Source: an uncultured Candidatus Peribacteria bacterium
GTDB lineage: Bacteria > Patescibacteriota > Gracilibacteria > UBA1369
Assembly (NCBI GenBank): GCA_964389195.1
Contig: CAYMDR010000002.1
Location: 7,521-35,017, forward strand
Length of the DNA: 27,497 nt
Direction of reading: 5' to 3'
Shown here: positions 15,276-24,386 of the stretch, piece after piece
Layout: each line of letters begins with the position of its first letter
Numbering within the stretch: the first letter of the stretch is position 1
Translations under genes and position numbers: made by a program
Notes under the pieces: model-generated
What the model was told of the DNA's origin: nothing
Databases searched by the model: none
What the model saw: the letters and a program-made list of their open reading frames with translations, nothing else

Positions 15276-17987
15276 TTAAAATACCGTAAAAATAACAGCA
15301 TTCCCATGAGCTTTTACAGCATGACTGGTCTTAAATTCACCTTCCGTAAGCCATGCTGCGCCAGTATTGATACCGCTAATAACCCCAAATTTCAGCGCCT
15401 TCTTTCCCGTTACTTTAATGGCTTTCTCTGCTGCAACTTCTGTTAATTTTTTAGGCATAAAATCACCATCCTTAACAGCCGCTATTCCTTTGACTCCAGC
15501 TAAACGCTCTATCGCTCCATGGGCAGCATAGATTAAAGCGGTCTGCCCCCATGACCTTAAAAAAGCACTTCCACTTTGGAAAGCGGACCAATCTTGCAAA
15601 ATCACTCCATGTAAAGATTCTTCCGTAAGTGTAAAAACACCTGTTTCTAAGCCAAAGAGTGCCGCTTTCCCCGTAGCAGTTCCTAAAAATGTTTCTAAAG
15701 ATCCTGCAGCTACAACCCCCTCAGTCAGAGTCCCCATCTCCGCCATTCCCATAGCGGTAGATAAAGTTCCCATTGCTCCCAACTCAGTTAACGCTGTGGC
15801 CGCCGCTCCACCAGTTGCGGTAGCAATCATCACAATCGAACTACCGATTGCGGTCTTTGCCGGTAAGGCATTCCAATCGTCATCACTCAGAAGGCCACCA
15901 CCCAAATCTTCTAATACCAGATTGCCTCCGTATACTTGGTTCCAATAAGCCCCCATATCCCAATTTTGCCCTTCAAAATCTTTATGCACCGCTATTCTAA
16001 TTTTCCTGTTGTGTTCAGTAGTAACCATGCTATCAACCATAAATTTCCTCATCTCTGCCAACTGTAAACCATTGGGAGCAGCTCCGTGTTCGCTTTTATA
16101 TTTTTCTCCCCAATGAGCTAGTTGTTCATCAATTTTCGCCATATTATCAGGGTCGCTAACAAACTTTTGATAGGTATCGACCTTATCAAATTTCTTAGCC
16201 TTTTCACTCAACTCTTTTTCAAAAAACAGATCGCAATACTGTTTGGCCACTTCCGTTAAACCCTGTTTGCGAGCCTGTTGAACCAGCTCCCACAGGTTAT
16301 GTTGCCGTTTTTCTTTATCTGGCTCATTAAGCAATTTTTGCTGTTGAAAAACATCAAAAACCACATCAGCTTTTTTACCATAATAATCGGTAGGGAAACC
16401 TTTTTGAAATCTACTTAAAGATGCTTGAAATTTGTCCTCTTTCAAGCTTTTTTTAGGTTTCATCGATCTTAGTTTTGCCTCCGCTTCCTCAATACTTAAC
16501 ACATCGCCGGATTCCACCATCTCCCGGGCTTTGCTTAACACTCTGGCCATATCATCAATAAACATATCCGCTTGATCTTTATTTAAAGCACCGTAGGCTT
16601 GATGCCCAAAAGTCGCCCAGTCAAAGCGGCCTTCTATAGACTCTTTCATCGCCATAAGACGGCTGGTTGCCTGCAATAATTCAATTTTGGTAATATATTT
16701 TAGTAAATCCTTAGTTTCCCCAAAATGGGGATTTTTTTCTTTATCCGCTTTAGCGAGCTGCAATTTGTAAAAACTCTGGAGAGCTTTTTTAGCTTCTATC
16801 CAATTCCCTGCCGCTAACATTTTTTTACCTTCAATAAAATCTTTCTCTTCGGGAGTTGCTAATTTTTCGTCCATCTCTAGTGAAATTTTAATTCTTAAAG
16901 CTTCCAATTGAGATAACACGTCATCCTGTTTTTCTTTGGGTAAGTTTTCAAACTCAGGAGCCTTTTTTACCGTTCCATCGGCCTGAAAAATAAGATAACG
17001 ATGCCAGTCAGTAAACTCTTTTGTTGCCGCGTAAAGTTTAATATTGGCCATATCTCTGATTTTTTCACCAATTTTTCCCACCATGATCTCATAATAGCCC
17101 CGATATTCAGAAGCCAGTTTATTTTGAGGTATAGCCAGTAATTGCTTATAAAGGTTGCTCATTTTTTGTAAAACCTCATCCGCAGCCGCGGTCATAGCCT
17201 GCATTTTTACACCAATAGCATCCGCCGCTGCAGTCTCCACCTCCTGCATAACTTCACTTTTCAAGGCGTAAGCATGGCTCGCATCTTGCAATAAAACATC
17301 ATAACCCGTCCTCACGCTATCAAGTGCTTGTATTTCCGGTTGCCCCCGTTTTTTATCAGGGAGAGTTTCTATATTCAAATCTACAATTTTCACAATGGTT
17401 GAGTCGATGCGTTCGGTTACATCATCAAAATATTTCTGAAGCACAGGATTCGCAGTTTTTAAGCCATTATATGGTTCGAGCGGGTTTTTTGCTCTATAAA
17501 GTTCTTCCAGCACAAAAGCCGTAGTTTCGCTTTTTTCCTTGGCTGTCATGGTATTCTGGAAGAGATCCTTAATAGCAAGCGTATCACGAATATGTGGTGC
17601 AAGTGCTTCATAATTTGCTTCTGCTTGAGCAATAGCCCGGTAGATGGGAACACTTTCTTTCATTTCTTGGATAACGCTCCGTAATTCTGCAGCAATTGCT
17701 GCAACAGGAGTACAGTCTAATCTATCTTCTTGAGCTAAAAGCTGCTGCCCTTTTTCGGCAGCACCTTGAATTAATTGATGAATTTTTGTCATGTCTTCAG
17801 CCAGGACCGTTTTTGCCGGATCAGGAAAAACTGCAACATCTATTTTACTTACATCATCAACCTGTTTAAAAAACACATCATGCTTTTCCCGCAGTGTTTG
17901 GCGCAAAAATCCAGCTCCTTTTTCGGCAGCAGCACCTTCAAGGCTAGTAATTAAAGCTTGATCCGGTTTAAAATTCTCTCCAGCCAT
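15276..17987 (-). CDS. 903-aa helical protein with a Gly/Ala-rich hydrophobic C-terminal region
   Basis: Long ORF. Charged helical body with a TPR-like FIEGKKMLAAGNWIEAKKALQSF. C-terminal TAIGSSIVMIATATGGAAATAL... Confidence 0.85.
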   Translation of the reverse strand: MAGENFKPDQALITSLEGAAAEKGAGFLRQTLREKHDVFFKQVDDVSKIDVAVFPDPAKTVLAEDMTKIHQLIQGAAEKGQQLLAQEDRLDCTPVAAIAAELRSVIQEMKESVPIYRAIAQAEANYEALAPHIRDTLAIKDLFQNTMTAKEKSETTAFVLEELYRAKNPLEPYNGLKTANPVLQKYFDDVTERIDSTIVKIVDLNIETLPDKKRGQPEIQALDSVRTGYDVLLQDASHAYALKSEVMQEVETAAADAIGVKMQAMTAAADEVLQKMSNLYKQLLAIPQNKLASEYRGYYEIMVGKIGEKIRDMANIKLYAATKEFTDWHRYLIFQADGTVKKAPEFENLPKEKQDDVLSQLEALRIKISLEMDEKLATPEEKDFIEGKKMLAAGNWIEAKKALQSFYKLQLAKADKEKNPHFGETKDLLKYITKIELLQATSRLMAMKESIEGRFDWATFGHQAYGALNKDQADMFIDDMARVLSKAREMVESGDVLSIEEAEAKLRSMKPKKSLKEDKFQASLSRFQKGFPTDYYGKKADVVFDVFQQQKLLNEPDKEKRQHNLWELVQQARKQGLTEVAKQYCDLFFEKELSEKAKKFDKVDTYQKFVSDPDNMAKIDEQLAHWGEKYKSEHGAAPNGLQLAEMRKFMVDSMVTTEHNRKIRIAVHKDFEGQNWDMGAYWNQVYGGNLVLEDLGGGLLSDDDWNALPAKTAIGSSIVMIATATGGAAATALTELGAMGTLSTAMGMAEMGTLTEGVVAAGSLETFLGTATGKAALFGLETGVFTLTEESLHGVILQDWSAFQSGSAFLRSWGQTALIYAAHGAIERLAGVKGIAAVKDGDFMPKKLTEVAAEKAIKVTGKKALKFGVISGINTGAAWLTEGEFKTSHAVKAHGNAVIFTVF

Positions 17988-17993
17988 GGGAAA

Positions 17994-18323
17994 TTAGATA
18001 TTTTTTAATTCTTCCTGTAAAAAAGTTTCTGCATTTTCCTTATTTGTTGCATCTTTTTCCTGAAATTCGCGAAAATGCTTTTGCAAATTTTTTACTTGGG
18101 CTTTAAGTGTAGGCAGTAAATCTGGATCAGCTTGAATAGCTTTATCGATATAGCTATCTAAAAGTACGTTTTTTTCTTTAAGGAAATTATAAAAATATTC
18201 AAGGAGAGGGGAAGGCAAGGTTTCTGCTACTTGAAGCCAATATTGCTTATCTTCATCTTCCAAAAGAATATTTTTTTTGATTTCACCTTTTAAATCTTCA
18301 ACAAGGGAATGTAACGGCATCAT
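17994..18323 (-). CDS. Small acidic helical hypothetical protein (~109 aa)
   Basis: ORF ends 6 nt before the start of the 903-aa gene. ATG at 18323 (track uses TTG at 18326). Confidence 0.7.
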   Translation of the reverse strand: MMPLHSLVEDLKGEIKKNILLEDEDKQYWLQVAETLPSPLLEYFYNFLKEKNVLLDSYIDKAIQADPDLLPTLKAQVKNLQKHFREFQEKDATNKENAETFLQEELKNI

Positions 18324-18324
18324 C

Positions 18325-18347
18325 AAAAAAGAGAGATTAAATCTCTC
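18325..18347 (-). terminator. Probable intrinsic terminator after tRNA-Thr (may double as an operator)
   Basis: Minus strand GAGAGAT-TTA-ATCTCTC followed by T6. An extended -10 TGgTATACT lies immediately upstream (18349-18357). Confidence 0.45.
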
Positions 18348-18387
18348 AAGTATACCATATTTCCCACTTTTATCCGAATCCCAAAAA

Positions 18388-18462
18388 TGGAGCCACCTGT
18401 CGGATTTGAACCGACGACCCGCTGTTTACAAAACAGCTGCTCTACCCCTGAGCTAAGGTGGC
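18388..18462 (-). tRNA. tRNA-Thr(TGT)
   Basis: GCCACCT/AGGTGGC acceptor, GCTGT-TT-TGT-AA-ACAGC anticodon arm, GGTTCAAATCC, encoded CCA. Confidence 0.97.
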
Positions 18463-18503
18463 TCAGCCATTATCTAGTATTAAAAATAGAAAAAGGCACG
18501 AAG

Positions 18504-18532
18504 ATAATATGGTAAGAAACAGTCCATGTCAA
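18504..18532 (-). promoter_or_regulatory. Promoter for tRNA-Thr
   Basis: TTGACA-17-TATTAT on the minus strand. Confidence 0.65.
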
Positions 18533-18547
18533 AAAAATCTTCCAATA

Positions 18548-18556
18548 TGATAGAAT
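18548..18556 (+). promoter_or_regulatory. Extended -10 promoter of murB (likely leaderless)
   Basis: TGaTAGAAT 6 nt before the ATG at 18563. Confidence 0.55.
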
Positions 18557-18562
18557 AGAGCT

Positions 18563-19507
18563 ATGTCCTACCAAAAACTACTGCAAAAATTCCCAGCCAT
18601 CCAGACCGATATTGCGCTAGCTCCTTTAACCAGCATGAATATTGGCGGCTCCGCTGATCTTTATTATAAGCTCACGGATATCAACCAGCTTCCAGCCCTT
18701 ATTGATTTGGCTTATCAATTACAGCTTCCCGTTTTTATGTTGGGAGGAGGAAGTAATACTATTTTTGCCGATGAAGGTTTCCGTGGCTTAGTAGTGCATA
18801 TGCAGCCCCACCACCTTGAAATTGATCATACTGAAAATAACCCTGAATTTGGCTATATCATAGCCGATGCCGGGACTTTACTTTCACAGGTAGTGCAGTT
18901 TTCTCTTAAAAATAATCTTTCCGGCCTAGAAAAAATGATGGGACTTCCCGGTACTATTGGGGGCGCAGTCAGAGGTAATGCCGGTGCTTTTGGCGTAGAA
19001 ATTCAAGATATTTTTAGCAAAGCTCTTATCTATACCCCAGAAAAAGGCCTCCATGAAGAGCCAAAAGCTTATTTTAACTTCAATTATCGCTTTTCAACCG
19101 TAAAAAAAAGCCAAGATATTATCCTCAAAGTCTTCTTAAAATTGGCAAAAAAAGACGCAGAAGCCTCCAAGACTGCCCTTGCCGAAGCTTTAGCTATTGT
19201 AAAAAATCGCATCAGTAAGCAACCAAAAGGTAAATGCTCCGGCTCTTTTTTCAAAAACCCTGATCCTCATAACGATCTATTAAAAGCCGGTTATTTACTT
19301 GATCAAGTCGGATGTAAGGGCTTGCAGATAGGTCAAGCTCAGGTATCTTTAGCGCATGCCAACTGGATTATGAATCTGGGTGGAGCAACTCAAAAAGATG
19401 TCCTTGAGCTTAAAAACATTATGCAAGAAAGGGTAAAAAGCCGCTTTAACATTAGTTTAGAGCCCGAAGTCCAGTTTGTCACCGCCACCGGTTTCTTACA
19501 AATTTGA
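18563..19507 (+). CDS. murB: UDP-N-acetylenolpyruvoylglucosamine reductase
   Basis: LAPLTSMNIGG, LGGGSNT, GLPGTIGGAVRGNAGAFG, YRFS, GSFFKNP, HANWIMNLG, LEPEV. Confidence 0.97.
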   Translation: MSYQKLLQKFPAIQTDIALAPLTSMNIGGSADLYYKLTDINQLPALIDLAYQLQLPVFMLGGGSNTIFADEGFRGLVVHMQPHHLEIDHTENNPEFGYIIADAGTLLSQVVQFSLKNNLSGLEKMMGLPGTIGGAVRGNAGAFGVEIQDIFSKALIYTPEKGLHEEPKAYFNFNYRFSTVKKSQDIILKVFLKLAKKDAEASKTALAEALAIVKNRISKQPKGKCSGSFFKNPDPHNDLLKAGYLLDQVGCKGLQIGQAQVSLAHANWIMNLGGATQKDVLELKNIMQERVKSRFNISLEPEVQFVTATGFLQI

Positions 19508-19514
19508 TCAATAC

Positions 19515-19543
19515 TTGTTTTTTTAGCACTTTTTTGGTACAAT
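19515..19543 (+). promoter_or_regulatory. Promoter of the pilin gene
   Basis: TTGTTT-17-TACAAT with a TG extension (TGgTACAAT 19535-19543). Confidence 0.55.
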
Positions 19544-19582
19544 TGAAGGAAGAAAAAAATAAAACTCAATAACCAAACCTTT

Positions 19583-20008
19583 ATGTCACAAAAAAATAGC
19601 CTCATGGCTCAAGGGAAACAAGCCCTTAAACAAGCTGTAATCGTAATGACCATTATGGTTATTAGCTTAACAACTTTTCTCCCTGCTTTTGCTCAAAGTA
19701 CCGGCGGAGGACTTATCAATGCGGGCGACAATCCATCACGTATCTCTGATGCCACAGGTGGACAAAGTAGTTTCCGTGAACTGGCCAAAACTTTCTTAAA
19801 CTTTTTCTTAGGGTTCCTAGGTTTTCTAGCGGTAATAATGATTATCTACGGAGGTATTCTTTATGTTACTGCAGGGGGTGAACAAGATAAAGTTGATAAG
19901 GGTAAAAAAATTATCATGTACGCCATCGTTGGTATCGTGATCATTTTGCTCTCCTTCGCTATCGTTTCCACCGTCCTTGGTGGTCTCGGCACCGGCTCAG
20001 ATCAATAG
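19583..20008 (+). CDS. TrbC/VirB2-like (T4SS_pilin type) pilin
   Basis: Signal peptide ending PAFA-Q, then two TM helices flanking YGGILYVTAGGEQDKVDKGKKIIMYAIVG, the common CPR pilin pattern. Confidence 0.85.
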   Translation: MSQKNSLMAQGKQALKQAVIVMTIMVISLTTFLPAFAQSTGGGLINAGDNPSRISDATGGQSSFRELAKTFLNFFLGFLGFLAVIMIIYGGILYVTAGGEQDKVDKGKKIIMYAIVGIVIILLSFAIVSTVLGGLGTGSDQ

Positions 20009-20027
20009 AAATCATACATCAAACATC

Positions 20028-20060
20028 AAAAAAGGAGCCCTTCAAAAGGCTCCTTTTTTT
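20028..20060. terminator. Bidirectional intrinsic terminator
   Basis: A6-GGAGCC-cttcaaaa-GGCTCC-T7 between convergent genes. Confidence 0.85.
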
Positions 20061-20091
20061 GTATTTAAAGCCATATCGCGTATTCTTTTTA

Positions 20092-20502
20092 TTAATCATC
20101 CCAAAAAGTCTTCGGATCTAATCTTAATGTATAAGGATCTTCGCCTTCATATATTTGGCTACCACCTCTTATGGCTAGATCAAACAAAATGTATCCTAAA
20201 TAATATTCTTCATCGTCAGTAGCGTTCCACTCTATGCCATACCTCCTTTTTTCTCCATCTTCTATATATAATTGAATAGTTTTACCTCTTGATCCTCTTG
20301 TAAAATATATAGCTAATTTTACGCCTGCTTGTATATCATTATCAGTCAATAGATCCCCTACCGGAGTAATAAAAATAACCTCTTGTCTGCCATTACCATC
20401 AGTTAAAAAGTCTAAGCGCTTTCCATTCTCAGCCTTACATAATAAACAATCTGGTACAATAAAACCCTCAGGCGTCTCATTACTAGGGCTTTGAATCGAC
20501 AT
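20092..20502 (-). CDS. 136-aa hypothetical protein (CxxC near the N-terminus)
   Basis: ATG at 20502 (MSIQSP...PDCLLC). The longer track version overlaps tRNA-Pro. Confidence 0.65.
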   Translation of the reverse strand: MSIQSPSNETPEGFIVPDCLLCKAENGKRLDFLTDGNGRQEVIFITPVGDLLTDNDIQAGVKLAIYFTRGSRGKTIQLYIEDGEKRRYGIEWNATDDEEYYLGYILFDLAIRGGSQIYEGEDPYTLRLDPKTFWDD

Positions 20503-20540
20503 ATTTAGGATACATACAATGATCGGATATCGTCCCAAAA

Positions 20541-20617
20541 TGGTCGGGGTGCAGGGACTTGAACCCTGGGCCTCCTGGTCCCAAACCAGGCGCGCTAGCC
20601 AACTGCGCCACACCCCG
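20541..20617 (-). tRNA. tRNA-Pro(TGG)
   Basis: CGGGGTG/CACCCCG acceptor, CCTGG-TT-TGG-GA-CCAGG anticodon arm, GGTTCAAGTCC, encoded CCA. Confidence 0.97.
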
Positions 20618-20766
20618 TTTTTAGCACCAACGCATGTAGTGCATACTTCTACCACGAGCGAAGCGAGCACCACCTACTTATAGACAAAACGCTCCACAAA
20701 GTCAATTCAGAACCATCTTTTTCCGCGACTAGCCTCCCTTGCTAAAATTGACTATACTCGAGTCCG

Positions 20767-21282
20767 ATGGACAAATATTACACTCAAATTATCGGTGTCC
20801 CTGTAATAACCGCTACTTTCCAAAGAGTCGGGCAAGTTTATAATGTCATTTTTAATACAGATACGGGTAAAGTTATAGCTTTTAGTATTGCTCCGGGTGG
20901 CCATAAAGTTATTACGCCTATTGATATTTTGGCTTGGGATAAAGAAGTTACCATTGCAGATGCCGATGATGTTTCTGAGGCCGAAGATATTCATCAACTC
21001 CAGCAAGCCCATCAAAAAAAATACCGTATTTTTAAAAAAAAGGTTCTCACTAAAGATGGTGAATATTTAGGACGAGTTATCGATTTTGCCATTCATAATA
21101 AGTTTTTTATCCTTACTAAAATTGTTGTTGCTAAAAATATTTTGAACCTCTTTTTTTACCATAAACGTCTCATTAATGCCGAAGAGATTCTTGAAATACG
21201 CAAAGATGCTATTATCGTTAAAAACCCTTTAGGTTTAGTACCTCTTAAAAAACTCCGAGTAGATGCCACACCCACGAGCTAA
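20767..21282 (+). CDS. Tandem PRC-barrel domain protein
   Basis: Two repeats: [29 protein letters not shown] and [21 protein letters not shown]. Confidence 0.8.
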   Translation: MDKYYTQIIGVPVITATFQRVGQVYNVIFNTDTGKVIAFSIAPGGHKVITPIDILAWDKEVTIADADDVSEAEDIHQLQQAHQKKYRIFKKKVLTKDGEYLGRVIDFAIHNKFFILTKIVVAKNILNLFFYHKRLINAEEILEIRKDAIIVKNPLGLVPLKKLRVDATPTS

Positions 21283-22483
21283 AACCTTGGCTGTTCAAGT
21301 TGGAAATATCATCATTGGTGGAGGCAACCCGATTGCCATCCAGTCCATGACCAATACGTCTACGGCAGATGTACAGGCCACTGTTAAGCAGATTATAGAG
21401 CTTACGGATGCAGGTTCTGAGCTAGTTCGTATCACCGTAAATGACCTGGAGGCGGCGAAAGCAGTGCCCCTTATTAAAGAAAAGCTGATGCTCGCCGCCT
21501 CACCTTACAGCCATATTCCTATCATTGGCGATTTTCATTATAACGGCCATGTACTCCTAACAAAGGTTCCTGCTTGCGCCAAAGCTTTAGATAAATACCG
21601 TATTAATCCAGGGAATGTTGGTGCTAAAGAAGCACACGAATATAATTTTCGCACCATGATCGAGGCGGCCATTAAATACAAAAAACCTGTACGTATTGGG
21701 GTAAATTGGGGGTCGCTTGATCAAGAGCTTTTCACGCGTTTAATGGATAAAAATGGCCGCTCCAAAAAACCTCTCTCCGCTCAAGAGGTGCTCTATGAGG
21801 CGGTGGTTCAAAGTGCGCTTAATTCTGCTAAAGAAGCAGTAAAAATAGGGCTCCCTAAAAATCGCATTATTCTTTCGGCCAAAATGTCAGGCGTGCAAGA
21901 TGTCATTAGGGTAAATCAAATGCTTAACAAACGCTGCGATTATGCACTGCATATTGGGCTTACAGAAGCCGGAATGGGAACTAAAGGTCTCATTGCATCC
22001 GCATCCGCACTTGCAGTATTATTGCAACAAGGTATTGGTGATACCATTCGCATTTCCCTTACTCCTGAGCCAGGCGCGCCGCGCTCCCGTGAAGTCGAAG
22101 CCTGTCAGTTAATTTTGCAGACGATAGGTCTTCGTTCCTTCCGGCCAATCGTAAGTAGTTGCCCTGGTTGCGGCAGAACCTCTAGCGATTTTTTTCAACA
22201 TTTAGCGAAACAAGTAAATGATCACATTGCTCAAAAAATGCCAGAATGGAAGCGTAAATATCCTGGGGTGGAAGCTCTTCAAATTGCCGTGATGGGGTGC
22301 ATTGTGAACGGGCCTGGTGAATCCAAACATGCCGATATTGGCATCAGTCTGCCTGGAAAAACCGAACAGCCCATCGCCCCTGTATACATTGGTGGTCAAC
22401 AATATTGTGTACTAAAAGGCAAAAATATCCCTCAGGAATTTCTAAATATTTTAGAGAAATATATTGGGCAAAAATTTAAATAA
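21263..22483 (+). CDS. ispG: HMBPP synthase (MEP pathway)
   Basis: [61 protein letters not shown] and [10 protein letters not shown] (4Fe-4S ligands). Confidence 0.97.
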   Translation: MPHPRAKTLAVQVGNIIIGGGNPIAIQSMTNTSTADVQATVKQIIELTDAGSELVRITVNDLEAAKAVPLIKEKLMLAASPYSHIPIIGDFHYNGHVLLTKVPACAKALDKYRINPGNVGAKEAHEYNFRTMIEAAIKYKKPVRIGVNWGSLDQELFTRLMDKNGRSKKPLSAQEVLYEAVVQSALNSAKEAVKIGLPKNRIILSAKMSGVQDVIRVNQMLNKRCDYALHIGLTEAGMGTKGLIASASALAVLLQQGIGDTIRISLTPEPGAPRSREVEACQLILQTIGLRSFRPIVSSCPGCGRTSSDFFQHLAKQVNDHIAQKMPEWKRKYPGVEALQIAVMGCIVNGPGESKHADIGISLPGKTEQPIAPVYIGGQQYCVLKGKNIPQEFLNILEKYIGQKFK

Positions 22484-22491
22484 CTCAAAAA

Positions 22492-23064
22492 TCACCCAAT
22501 AATCTTTCGCCAGCTCTTCGTTTTCAAAATTTCGTCCTGTAAATCAAACATGATTTTCCGTTCATCTGCCTTTTCATGATCGTAACCAAAAATATGTAAA
22601 AGGCCATGCACAAACAAAAATTGCAGCTCTTGCTTAAGCGTTTTTTTATGTTCTTTAGCCTGGCGAGCCGCCGTTTCTAAGGAAATAATGACCTCTCCCA
22701 AAAGATTCTCAGGACCAAAAGCTGCATTAAAACCCTCAAACATCTCAGGGATATCGCTTTTTTTTACCATTTGCTTTAGCTCATTTTCAAAATAACTTAA
22801 AGAAACCACATCAGTTGAAACATCTTTTCCCCGATAATCACGATTGATAACCCGAACCGTAGGATCATCGCTTAAAATAAGCTGAATTTGTCCACCATGC
22901 ATTTTTTTTTGCAAATGTTTTTTATGCTGTAAAATATCGATTCCTCTTTTAAATAAAGGTAAAAAACAACTTTTAGCAAGGCCTGCTCCTAAAAGTTTTG
23001 CGGCAGGAAATTCATGTCGCGAAAAATCCAGTTGATATAAAGTTTTAGGCATAGCTTGATTCAA
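22492..23064 (-). CDS. ybeY: rRNA maturation endoribonuclease YbeY
   Basis: INRDYRGKDVSTDVVS, LGEVIIS, HGLLHIFGYDH. Confidence 0.93.
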   Translation of the reverse strand: MNQAMPKTLYQLDFSRHEFPAAKLLGAGLAKSCFLPLFKRGIDILQHKKHLQKKMHGGQIQLILSDDPTVRVINRDYRGKDVSTDVVSLSYFENELKQMVKKSDIPEMFEGFNAAFGPENLLGEVIISLETAARQAKEHKKTLKQELQFLFVHGLLHIFGYDHEKADERKIMFDLQDEILKTKSWRKIIG

Positions 23065-23618
23065 GTAAGAGTGCGTGTTTTTAAATATTTCATATATTGG
23101 TACAAAATTTCATACCCTACTATGCCATAAGCGGTAGCTACATTTAAAGAGTTGGCTCGCCCCAACATAGGGATTGAAACCGCCATGTCAACAAGTTTCA
23201 TGGCTTCATCGCCAATACCTTCTACTTCATTTCCAAGAACTAAAGCCATAGGAAAGGGGTATTGGAACTCATGATAATCCTGACTTTTATCAGTTAACTC
23301 TAGTGCACATATTTTGACCCCATTTTCTTTGAGTTTTAAGAGTGTTTCTCTTGAAGTTGGGTTGTACTCCCATGGCACCACGTCAGTCGCCCCTAAAGCG
23401 ACCTTTTCGATATCGTTACGTGGTGGAGTAGCCGTAATACCACATAAATATAATTTTTCTGCCAAAATTGCATCAGATGTTCTAAAAATAGCGCCTACAT
23501 TATGCGTACTTCGTATATTATCTAACACAACATGAATAGGTGTCCTCGCCATTTTTTTGACCTGACCAACCGTAGGTTTATGAAGATAAATATCTTCATG
23601 ATCCAGTTTCTTAATCAT
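23061..23618 (-). CDS. TrmH/SpoU-family RNA 2'-O-methyltransferase
   Basis: VVLDNIRSTHNVGAIFRT, LVLGNEVEGI, IPMLGRANSLNVATA. Confidence 0.92.
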   Translation of the reverse strand: MIKKLDHEDIYLHKPTVGQVKKMARTPIHVVLDNIRSTHNVGAIFRTSDAILAEKLYLCGITATPPRNDIEKVALGATDVVPWEYNPTSRETLLKLKENGVKICALELTDKSQDYHEFQYPFPMALVLGNEVEGIGDEAMKLVDMAVSIPMLGRANSLNVATAYGIVGYEILYQYMKYLKTRTLT

Positions 23619-24279
23619 TTTCTACATTTTCTATAGGAATAAGCGACAAAGTTGCCTTGAGCATACTATCAAATTCTTCCTTTGCAATGGGTTCATTTGG
23701 CTTAAAATAATGATCGGCTTTTACTATTTTTGCTTCAAGCGCATATTGGATATAACGGCTATACCACCAGCTAAAAGTATCTGTACTATCATCAATATCT
23801 TCAAAGCCGGTTGTAATTACGGGGGCATTGGTAAGTTCAAATTTTTCTTTCCATTTCATAAGATCCGCCGCCTCTAACATAACCCTTAATACTTCTATAC
23901 GAGTTATAGCTTCTTGCGGATAAAAAGGCGTAGATTTAACCTCTAAATGGCCATGCACTAGGCCTAAAATTGTTGCAACATTAATTTTTTTGGCATAGGG
24001 ATGGGCAGGAAAAACATCAGGATAGAGAATAAGCGGCTTAAAACGGATACCGTCATAATCTGACATAGCACTAAAAACAAAAAAGCACTCTCCTGTATTG
24101 TTGAGACAATTATGAATAAAAGTACCGTATTTTTTCTCTAAATTAAAACCATCAACAATTAAAGCCACAGCCTCTCCGCGGGTTAAAATATCATCGGATG
24201 TATTTATGCCTAAAGCCTTCACGCTAAAAACACCAGGTCTTCCAAGTAAAAATGCACACACTAAAATCCCAGTGAACAA
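23611..24279 (-). CDS. S-layer homology (SLH) domain protein
   Basis: LTRGEAVALI, FYPQEAITRIEVL, WYSRYIQYALEAKIV...FKPNEPIAKEE, plus a hydrophobic N-terminus. The true start may be ATA at 24324. Confidence 0.75.
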   Translation of the reverse strand: MFTGILVCAFLLGRPGVFSVKALGINTSDDILTRGEAVALIVDGFNLEKKYGTFIHNCLNNTGECFFVFSAMSDYDGIRFKPLILYPDVFPAHPYAKKINVATILGLVHGHLEVKSTPFYPQEAITRIEVLRVMLEAADLMKWKEKFELTNAPVITTGFEDIDDSTDTFSWWYSRYIQYALEAKIVKADHYFKPNEPIAKEEFDSMLKATLSLIPIENVEND

Positions 24280-24386
24280 ATATAATAATCTTTTTTTGAG
24301 CGTAAATTTTTTTATTTTAATTATGGGGAAAGATTATTACAAGTAAGGTTTATTATAGGCAGCTTGGCTTAAAAGTAAATCTATTT

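Noticed and set aside
11106-18462. Integrated prophage/ICE with attL/attR at the tRNAs
   Set aside because: No integrase or phage genes, and no duplicate of a tRNA 3' end found by eye.
20656-20668. CGAGCGAAGCGAG motif upstream of tRNA-Pro
   Set aside because: Resembles short palindromic-element fragments, but it is single-copy here and I could not fold a convincing element or extra tRNA.
20503-20673. N-terminal extension of the 193-aa track ORF
   Set aside because: Runs through tRNA-Pro; ATG 20502 is the plausible start.
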